DNA of 20,000 nucleotides from an uncultured bacterium. Lineage in GTDB: Bacteria > JAGOEH01. Shown here in pieces: positions 8,374 through 15,928 of this stretch. The number at the start of each line of letters is the position of its first letter. Position 1 is the stretch's first letter. A program made the position numbers and the translations under genes. The notes beneath the pieces were generated by a model that saw only the letters and a program-made list of their open reading frames with translations, searched no databases and had not been told where the DNA came from. The DNA lies in assembly GCA_964632485.1 (NCBI GenBank), contig CAZWDO010000007.1, forward strand, positions 176,273 to 196,272, written 5' to 3'.

Positions 8374-10008
8374 ATGCCGGATTCCGTCTATTCCATTCCC
8401 GTACCTGTCAATGAACCTATACGCAGCTATGCCCCGGGATCAGCCGAAAAAAACGAATTGAAGATTAAAATTAGCGAACTGAGTCAACAGCCCATTGAAA
8501 TTCCGCTGATTATTAATGGAAAGGAAGTGCGCACCGGGAAACTGGGGCGCTGTGTGATGCCCCATCGCCACGAACACCAATTGGCCGTATTCCATCAAGC
8601 AGGGGAATCAGAAGTCGCCCAGGCTATTGAGAGCGCGCTTCGCGCGAAGAAGGATTGGGAACGCATGCCATGGGAGCACCGGGCAGCAATTTTCCTAAAA
8701 GCCGCAGATCTGCTTTGCGCTCCCTGGCGCGCCACTCTTAATGCCGCCACTATGCTCAATCTATCCAAAACCGTCTATCAAGCAGAGATCGACGCCGCGT
8801 GCGAACTGGCGGATTTCTTTCGCTTCAATGCCTGGTATCTGCAAAAAATCTACACTGATCAACCCTTAAACAGTCCGACTATCTGGAATCGTGTTGAATA
8901 CCGTCCTCTGGAAGGATTCATTTTCGCGGTAACCCCTTTCAATTTTATTTCCATCGGCGGCAATTTACCCACCACTCCGGTATTTTGTGGCAATGTCGCT
9001 CTGTGGAAACCAGCTTCCTCAGCGGTATTCCCTGCATGGTTCGTAATGAGGATTCTGATGGAGGCGGGTTTGCCCGACGGGATTATTAATTTCATTCCCG
9101 GACCTGGCAGAGAAGTGGGCGAGCCGGTCCTTAATTCGCCTCATCTAGCCGGCATCCATTTTACAGGGTCCACAGCCACTTTCCAGCAAATGTGGAGACA
9201 TATCGGTGAAAACATTAGCCACTATCACGCATACCCCCGCATTATCGGTGAAACAGGAGGCAAGGATTTTATATTCGTCCATGCTTCGGCTGACCTGAGA
9301 GCTTCCGCTGTTGCGCTGATTCGCGGCGCTTTTGAGTACCAGGGACAAAAATGCTCGGCAGCTTCACGCGCCTATATTCCCCAATCGCTTTGGAACCGTT
9401 TGAGGAAGGAGTTGCAAACCCTTGCAAGTGAAATCAAAATGGGCGATCCCTCCGATTTCACTACCTTCATGGGCGCCGTCATCGACGCTTCCGCATACCG
9501 CAATATTACCGGCTATATCCAACACGCGCAGAAACGACCTGATGAATATACCACTATTTACGGCGGCTCTTATAATGATGAAGAGGGTTATTTCATCGAA
9601 CCTAATATCATCCAGGCCATCAACCCTCAAGCTAAACTTATGACCGAGGAAATCTTTGGGCCTGTATTGACACTCTATGTCTATCCCGACGAACACTACG
9701 TCGAGACACTCGAACTCTGTAACCGGACATCCCCCTATGGATTAACAGGCGCGATCCTGGCAAACGATCGAACCGCCATTCTTCAGGCGGAAACCATTTT
9801 ACGCCATGCTGCGGGCAATTTCTACATCAACGACAAACCGACCGGCGCGGTCGTGGGTCAGCAACCCTTCGGCGGTGGCAGAGCCTCCGGCACCAACGAC
9901 AAAGCCGGTTCCTATATGAATATGCTTAGATGGATCAGCGCTCGCGCGATTAAAGAAAATTTTTCAACCCCCAAACAGCTCATCTATCCCTCCATGCTGG
10001 AATCATAG
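8374..10008 (+). CDS. pruA: Delta-1-pyrroline-5-carboxylate (L-glutamate gamma-semialdehyde) dehydrogenase
   Basis: NEPIRSYAPGS, QAEIDAACEL, RPLEGF, PFNF, FTGS, GETGGK, FEYQGQKCSA (catalytic Cys), EEIFGP, GNFYINDKPTGAVVGQQPFGGGRASGTNDKAG; AAGGAGG RBS. Confidence 0.96.
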   Translation: MPDSVYSIPVPVNEPIRSYAPGSAEKNELKIKISELSQQPIEIPLIINGKEVRTGKLGRCVMPHRHEHQLAVFHQAGESEVAQAIESALRAKKDWERMPWEHRAAIFLKAADLLCAPWRATLNAATMLNLSKTVYQAEIDAACELADFFRFNAWYLQKIYTDQPLNSPTIWNRVEYRPLEGFIFAVTPFNFISIGGNLPTTPVFCGNVALWKPASSAVFPAWFVMRILMEAGLPDGIINFIPGPGREVGEPVLNSPHLAGIHFTGSTATFQQMWRHIGENISHYHAYPRIIGETGGKDFIFVHASADLRASAVALIRGAFEYQGQKCSAASRAYIPQSLWNRLRKELQTLASEIKMGDPSDFTTFMGAVIDASAYRNITGYIQHAQKRPDEYTTIYGGSYNDEEGYFIEPNIIQAINPQAKLMTEEIFGPVLTLYVYPDEHYVETLELCNRTSPYGLTGAILANDRTAILQAETILRHAAGNFYINDKPTGAVVGQQPFGGGRASGTNDKAGSYMNMLRWISARAIKENFSTPKQLIYPSMLES

Positions 10009-10046
10009 GAGATTTCCTGGAAATAATTGAGCGATTATAAATGATC

Positions 10047-10086
10047 ACTGCCGGGGAATCCAAATTTTAATGGGTTCCCTGGCGGT
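10047..10086 (+). terminator. Stem-loop downstream of pruA, possible terminator
   Basis: ACTGCCGGGGAATCC-aaattttaat-GGGTTCCCTGGCGGT, 15-bp stem including G-U pairs; no clear U-tract. Confidence 0.5.
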
Positions 10087-10230
10087 TACGCTTCAGGAAG
10101 CATTGGAATTTAACCGCCAGGAAGCATTGACGGCTATCGGAAGCAATTTTCGGGAAGAAAAAATTGCAGTATGAAGCGCTATGAATTGCTGGAATACCTG
10201 AGATCGAAAGGTTGCGGCTTGCTGAGAGAA
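10077..10230 (+). pseudogene. Truncated hicBA remnant (3' half of hicB plus first 20 codons of hicA)
   Basis: Colinear ungapped match to 12729-12882; encodes LAVTLQEALEFNRQEALTAIGSNFREEKIAV* and MKRYELLEYLRSKGCGLLRE with the same ATGA overlap. Confidence 0.9.
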
Positions 10231-10243
10231 AGGGGAAATAGAA

Positions 10244-10423
10244 GGAATATCAGCGGCCGGGTAAAATATTTTAACGACGTTGAGTAAAAAATTTAACGCG
10301 GGACGGGAAGGCTGAAGGGCGCATTTTCCGATGGCAACAAATGCAAGCGCTTGGAAAAATGTCGGTTACACGGTATACTGACGAAGGAGGGGCAACCGGC
10401 ATTTCCGACGGCATGGAAAATGC
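10244..10423 (+). repeat. ~180-bp noncoding direct repeat, copy 1 (twin palindromes plus sigma54-like promoter)
   Basis: Aligns to 13058-13235; the last 33 bp (GGCAACCGGCATTTCCGACGGCATGGAAAATGC) are identical. Confidence 0.9.
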
Positions 10424-10424
10424 T
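10408..10424 (+). promoter_or_regulatory. Putative sigma54 promoter of the beta-propeller gene
   Basis: ACGGCATGGAAAATGCT, GG(10410)-N10-GC(10422); 58 nt before an ATG with an AAAGGAG RBS. Confidence 0.65.
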
Positions 10425-10481
10425 TATTAATAACGTATGTATGTGGATCATCGCAACTGAATTTTTACTGAAAGGAGCGTT

Positions 10482-12406
10482 ATGAAACAAGCGGGTTTGC
10501 ATGGATGGCCAGGCGTGAAGCGCTGGATGGCGGCTGCGGGGCTGTGGCTGCTGCTGGCGGGGACGCTCAGAGCCCAGGGCCTCCAGTACGGCATGGAATT
10601 TCAGGTCAATACATATACTGAAAGTTATCAGATATTTCCTTCCATCGCTTCTTCTCATGACGGAACATTTATCATCGCCTGGACTTCTGGCGGTCAGGAA
10701 CGAAAGCAAAAAGATATTTTTGCCAAAAGCTTCAACATTCAGGGAAATGAATCCGAAGAATTCCAGGTCAATACCATAACTGGATATGACCAGGATTTTG
10801 CTTCTGTAACTGCGTTACCAAATGGAGATTTCGCCATTGCCTGGCAGACATTTGATAGCGCTCCCCAAGGAAATTGGGACATTTCAGCCCAACGATTCGA
10901 TGATGAGGGCAACAAGCTCGGCAGTGAATTCAGGGTCAATACTACTTATGCAGCACGTGCTCAAAAGAATCCCGCCCTTACCACCCTTTCCGGCGGTGGA
11001 TTCGTCATCGTATGGGAATCTTGCGGCTATGCTTCAGATGCACAGGATGGATCTGATTGCGGTATTTTCGCCCAGCGTTTCGACTGCCAGGGCAGCAAGC
11101 TCGAAGGAGAATTCCAGGTCAATACGTATACTGTTAACGATCAGTATGATCCCGCCATTGCCGCTCTGCCCGACGGAGGATTCGTCGTTTGCTGGACAAG
11201 CAATGGGCAGGATGGATCTTATACTGGTATTTTCGCTCGATACTTCGATGCCAAGGCCTCTGAACCCGGGGTTGAATTCCAGGTCAACACCTGCACTCAA
11301 GATTCTGAAAGTTATTCATGTATTGCTGCCCTGACCGGCGGTAGTTTCGTTATTACCTGGTTGAGTTATTATTCTGGTAGTCTTTGTGCCCAGCGTTTCG
11401 ACGGAAAGGGCAATAAGCTCGGCGGTGAATTTCGGATTACAAACTCTAACGTCAATTTATTTCATTCCATTGCCGCCTTGCCCGACGGAGGTTTCGTAGT
11501 TGTTTGGGAATCTTGGCATAGAAATGGAGCGGAGTGGATTTGGGACATTTCCGCCCAGCGTTTCGACGCTCAGGGCAATAAGATCGGATTTGAGTTCCCG
11601 GTCAGTACGTTTTCTTCCAATACATATTATAATAAGTCTGGCCCCTGTATCTCCGTCTTGCCTGATGGCGATTTCGTCATTGCCTGGAGTTCCTATGGTC
11701 AGGATGGATCCGACTGGGGCGTTTTCGCCAAGCTATTTCCCGCCGAGCCGCAGGTGCATCCGCTGCAACGCTTCTCCCTGCTCAACCCGGTCATTGACGC
11801 TACCGAACGAACCTGCCAACCAACCTTCGCCTGGCAGAAGCCGTCCGCCGTACCCCTGATCTATCCATGGGAGATCGAGTACCACCTTTTCATCGACACG
11901 CTTCCCGATTTCAGCACCGCCCGTATCCTCACCGGCGTTTATGACACCGCCTACCAGATCGATGCCCTGGCAGCCGCCCATACTTACTATTGGAAAGTGG
12001 CCGCGCTCAATACCGCCGGCGACAGCTTGTGGGCCAATGGAAGCGACTGGGCTTTCTTCATTCCCGCCGGACTCGCTGAAATCGGCGAAAACAGCGCTCC
12101 CGGACAACTTAGCGGCGGTATTCGACTCCTGACCAACACCCCCACAACCCGTTCCACGAAAATACCACTTTGCGTTTCCAGGCCGATGGCGGAGAGCGCG
12201 CGGAAAACGCCCACTTGGCGATCTACACCCTTACCGGCCGCCGCGTACATGCCTGGCGCATTCCCCTGCTGTCGGGCCAACGGGAGTACGAAACCCTCTG
12301 GGACGGCCGCGACGATACCGGCGCGTCCATGCCCTCCGGCGTCTACCTGCTGCGCCTAGAATGCGGCGCATTCGCTCAAAGCCGCTCCATCCTGCTCCTG
12401 AAATGA
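10482..12406 (+). pseudogene. Secreted 7-repeat beta-propeller-like protein with Fn3-like domain and FlgD-Ig/T9SS-type C-terminal domain, frameshifted at ~12144
   Basis: Signal peptide (..LRA-Q); 7 repeats EFQVNT...P.IAAL.DGGFV..W.S..QDGS..GIFAQRFD..G; TYYWKVAA Fn3-like; after the frameshift NPFHENTTLRF..IYTLTGRRV..LWDGRDDTGASMPSGVYLLRL..SRSILLLK stop 12406. Could also be a sequencing error in an intact gene. Confidence 0.8.
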
Positions 12407-12527
12407 CCGGTAATTCAGCGATCGTCAACGTGATTGCCAGTACCCGCATGGCGTTTTCTATTCTAAAAACTTTGCAAACAGATCAAATATCGATCGATCT
12501 TAGTACGACACCGGATCCATTTTCGAC

Positions 12528-12556
12528 TTGACTTTCAGTTTCATCTGTCTTATATT
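12528..12556 (+). promoter_or_regulatory. Sigma70 promoter of hicBA
   Basis: TTGACT-17 nt-TATATT, 57 nt upstream of the hicB ATG; AAGGAG RBS at 12600. Confidence 0.65.
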
Positions 12557-12613
12557 GAAATTCTCGAAATGGAATCATTTATTTTTACAATCCGTTAGCA
12601 AGGAGCTTCCTGA

Positions 12614-12826
12614 ATGAAAAACGAATATACCGCGGTCATCAAACAGGTTGAAAATGGCTGGATCGGTTGGATCGAAGAAATCCCCGGAGTGAATTGCCAG
12701 GAACCCACGTATGAAGAATTAAAGGAAACCCTGGCGATTACGCTCCAGGAGGCATTGGAATTTAACCGCCAGGAAGCATTGACGGCTATCGGAAACAATT
12801 ATCGGGAAGAAAAAATAGCGGTATGA
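12614..12826 (+). CDS. hicB: HicB-family antitoxin (short, no DNA-binding domain)
   Basis: YTAVIKQVENGWIGWIEEIPGVNCQEPTYEELKETL, HicB N-terminal pattern; ATGA overlap with hicA. Confidence 0.9.
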   Translation: MKNEYTAVIKQVENGWIGWIEEIPGVNCQEPTYEELKETLAITLQEALEFNRQEALTAIGNNYREEKIAV

Positions 12827-13011
12827 AACGCTATGAATTGCTGGAATACTTGCGCTCCAAAGGATGTGATTTTCTGAGAGAAGGTAGGCGCCACTCCTGG
12901 TGGAGCAATCCGGAACAGAACAAACGTACGGCGATTCCGCGCCATACTGAAATCAATGACATGTTGGTACGAAAAATCTGTAAGGATTTGGGTATCGATC
13001 CATTGAAATGA
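12823..13011 (+). CDS. hicA: HicA-family mRNA interferase toxin
   Basis: MKRYELLEYLRSKGCDFLREGRRH (catalytic His24)...TAIPRHTEINDMLVRKICKDLGI. Confidence 0.92.
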   Translation: MKRYELLEYLRSKGCDFLREGRRHSWWSNPEQNKRTAIPRHTEINDMLVRKICKDLGIDPLK

Positions 13012-13057
13012 GACACAAATATTCAAACAGATATTCAGCAGAATTAAAAAAGCGAGT

Positions 13058-13235
13058 GGAATATCAGCGCCTGAGTAAAATATTTTTACCCGGCGCGTAA
13101 AAAAATTTAACCCGGGCGTGGAGGCGGAATTGTCCGTTTGCCAGGGGCAACGAATGTAAGCACTTGGGGAAAAGCGATTACGCGGTTCACCGATAAAGGA
13201 CAGGCAACCGGCATTTCCGACGGCATGGAAAATGC
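13058..13235 (+). repeat. ~180-bp noncoding direct repeat, copy 2 (twin palindromes plus sigma54-like promoter, no downstream gene)
   Basis: Aligns to 10244-10423; GTAAAATATTTTTAC 13075-13089, GTAAAAAAATTTAAC 13097-13111, GG(13222)-N10-GC(13234). Confidence 0.9.
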
Positions 13236-13434
13236 CAACTGATAGGAACTCAATCCATGTTTCAAAATAGAACTCAAATGCAAAAAAGTCAATTAATAAA
13301 GCAGAGAGATAATCTCTTACGGACAGCTTACCGGGGGCATCAGACCGTCATGGGATACTGGATTCAACTCATGAAAAGGTTATCGGCTATTCACAAACAA
13401 CAAACTACGCCGTAAAAGGATTGCTAAGTTCTGG

Positions 13435-14526
13435 TCACGACAAGGATGCGATCAGCATAGGACAGCGGAACTGAACGACGCGGCTCAAATTGTAAACTTG
13501 ATAAAACGCTTTCCGTTCGGATTGATCCAACATGTCGATCCACGTACTTTGCATGCTCTCCGAACTGCAAAAACGCTGTATAAACTCTCCGCAAAAAGTC
13601 ATGAAATGGATTTTATTGCCCATGGCAATCGAAACCCGAGGATAGATAGCCTTTAAATCCGCCATGGCTTCAGCTATCCAATGGTCGTTCCATTTTTCGC
13701 GAATGGCGTCGAGTTCCCGCCGAAATTGACGGATCGAATCCAGATTGATCTGAAGAAGCGGAGGAAGTGAAGGGCCTTTCTTTTTCCACTGATGGACAGG
13801 CTTGTTCTCGCGCTCTTCTCCCCACAGTATATTTTCATAGCGTTGCAGTTGACGGAGAAATTTCCAACAGGTATAGGTCGTTTCTTTTGCTTCGATATGG
13901 CAGGCGGCCAGCAGAAATTCTCCACGTCGCACCAACGCCATGAGCAGCCGCGACAAAGGTTCTCGCGGATAATAATCGCTTTCGATAGCCCGAATTTTTC
14001 GCATGAACAACCGATAAACTTTCAGGAAATCGCCTGAAACCTTCGGGAAAAAATCCGCGAAACACGACAATGTTCTCGCTACGTCGCTATAAAAATAATC
14101 GCCGTAGTCATCGAGAGTTTTATACATCAAATCAGCGGGGATTTCTTTCAAGTACGAAAAAATGCCCACTAGAAAAATCTCTTTATAAAAATCAACCGGT
14201 TTTACGGCCTCTTCATAGGCGTCATCTATCCGATCCGCGTTCAATGCTTTTAATATCCGTTTCCAGCGGGCTTTGAGCGATCCTTTATGCCAATTGCAAT
14301 ATCCATACAGATCGTGCTCCACTCCCAACAAATACAAACACTCTCCCAGCATCTCATAATCCCCGCTATTCACGTGATCGTGATCATTCATCATTTCAAC
14401 GCATAAGCAAAGATTGGACTTGATATCGCAAATTTCATCCTCTATCAGGGAACGATAATCGATTTTCCTGGAAAAATCAATGGCAAACCTGTAATAGGGA
14501 CATTGAGAAAAATCAGTTTTAATCAT
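13435..14526 (-). CDS. Hypothetical protein, probably alpha-helical and cytoplasmic
   Basis: Long open frame; ATG 14526 (MIKTD) with AGAAAGG RBS preferred over TTG 14562; no motif recognised. Confidence 0.7.
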   Translation of the reverse strand: MIKTDFSQCPYYRFAIDFSRKIDYRSLIEDEICDIKSNLCLCVEMMNDHDHVNSGDYEMLGECLYLLGVEHDLYGYCNWHKGSLKARWKRILKALNADRIDDAYEEAVKPVDFYKEIFLVGIFSYLKEIPADLMYKTLDDYGDYFYSDVARTLSCFADFFPKVSGDFLKVYRLFMRKIRAIESDYYPREPLSRLLMALVRRGEFLLAACHIEAKETTYTCWKFLRQLQRYENILWGEERENKPVHQWKKKGPSLPPLLQINLDSIRQFRRELDAIREKWNDHWIAEAMADLKAIYPRVSIAMGNKIHFMTFCGEFIQRFCSSESMQSTWIDMLDQSERKAFYQVYNLSRVVQFRCPMLIASLS

Positions 14527-14717
14527 GGTCGCCTTTCTGAAAGCGCCAAGACACTCATTCAACCACTACGCATTTCTTCGCTACGACAAAACCATTATAA
14601 CATTCTCTATAAAAAAAATCAAGAAAAAATTACGGGTGAAAACGCATGAACCGTGGCGATAGTCCCGGTTCACACGTACGGCTAACGGCAATAATTTACA
14701 GGAAAATTTTATCTCAT

Positions 14718-14745
14718 TTGACATTTTTGAAATCCCGCGTATATT
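14718..14745 (+). promoter_or_regulatory. Sigma70 promoter upstream of the binding protein/kinase pair
   Basis: TTGACA-16 nt-TATATT. Confidence 0.6.
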
Positions 14746-14855
14746 GGTAGATGAATGAAGAAGCCTGCCAGAAAACCACGTCCATCGCGGCGGCAGACGC
14801 CTTACCGTTCTCTCATGCCTGGTATTCAATCCATCACCAAATGGAGGCAGCCGTT

Positions 14856-15926
14856 ATGAAACGATATACGCTCCTCTTGCCGCTTGTCGTGTTGGTTTGC
14901 CAGATTGCTTGCGGTCCTTCGCAAAAAAAAATTACCATCGCGATTATGACCAAGCTACAGCACGGTTCTATCGTCGGCAGCAGCGAAGTCAACGCCGCCA
15001 GGCTGTTCCTGGAAGACCGCAGGCTTGACGATATCGAAATCTACCCGATCGACGATGGGTGGGAGGTGGAAAAAGCGCGGCAGGCTTATCACACGATTCG
15101 TCAAAAAGGCATCGATATTCTTATCACCAGCCATGTTTCCACCTGCGCTGTGGCCATCAGCGATTCGATCAACAAGGATCCGGTATTGGCATTTGTCACC
15201 GGATCGACCACGGATTTACTGTCGAACCGGGATGACAATATTTTTCGCAACACTCAGGACGTGCAACATGAGCAGCGCAGCATCGCCGAATATGTCAAGG
15301 GGACGCCCTACCGCCAACTCCTGATTATTCGCGACACCGCAAACTATGCCTATACCGAACCGGCCCTGAAATATTTCCTACAATACCTGAGCCGTTCGGA
15401 CATCCCCTATCGGGATATCGACATTAACCAATTGGACTTGCCCGCATTGGAGAAATGGTATCGGGAGATCGATTTTGAACTCGTTTATCTGCTCATCGGC
15501 GGCTACAAGAGCAACGCCGGAGCGATCGCCCAACTGATCCACCAAACCAGGCCGGCTTGCCGCTTTCTTTTCACACCCTGGATGAAAACACCCGCTATTC
15601 TGGAAACCGCCGGCGATGCCATCGAATCTTGCATCATGCCTTCCCATTACCCGCCCCACGGCTCCAATCCGAATGTGGATCAATACGTCGCACGATTCAA
15701 GTCCAGGTTCGGAGCGCCGCCAACCTTTATCAGCCTGAATGTGTACAACGCGTTGGAAATCCTCTACACGGCCATCGCCGCCGGGCATCGCCAACCGGCG
15801 GCCATCAAGCGCTATCTGATGGACACACGGCGTTTCGAAACAACCTTCGGCACAGTCGAATTCAATGAGTTCGGTGATGTCGAAGCCCCGCTTTACTTCA
15901 TTACCGACATCGCCGGAGAATTTTAA
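14856..15926 (+). CDS. LivJ-like (type I, branched-chain amino acid family) periplasmic solute-binding lipoprotein
   Basis: ATG 14856 with GGAGG RBS; lipobox QIAC; IDDGWE, TSHVSTCAVAI, NIFR, YNALEIL, FETTFGTVEFNEFGD typical of Peripla_BP_6. Confidence 0.85.
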   Translation: MKRYTLLLPLVVLVCQIACGPSQKKITIAIMTKLQHGSIVGSSEVNAARLFLEDRRLDDIEIYPIDDGWEVEKARQAYHTIRQKGIDILITSHVSTCAVAISDSINKDPVLAFVTGSTTDLLSNRDDNIFRNTQDVQHEQRSIAEYVKGTPYRQLLIIRDTANYAYTEPALKYFLQYLSRSDIPYRDIDINQLDLPALEKWYREIDFELVYLLIGGYKSNAGAIAQLIHQTRPACRFLFTPWMKTPAILETAGDAIESCIMPSHYPPHGSNPNVDQYVARFKSRFGAPPTFISLNVYNALEILYTAIAAGHRQPAAIKRYLMDTRRFETTFGTVEFNEFGDVEAPLYFITDIAGEF

Positions 15927-15928
15927 GC

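Noticed and set aside
10244-10423. Repeat element as integron attC, dif site or IS end
   Set aside because: No matching R''/R' boxes with an extended hairpin, no XerC/XerD consensus, no terminal inverted repeats, and no integrase or transposase seen
10595-11740. Recurring DNA motifs at ~170-bp spacing as a CRISPR array
   Set aside because: They are degenerate, in-frame protein repeats of the propeller; there are no identical repeats with unique spacers and no cas genes
12144-12359. C-terminal tail of the 625-aa ORF and the separate 78-aa ORF 12170-12406 as real independent products
   Set aside because: Both are explained by one frameshift in a single gene
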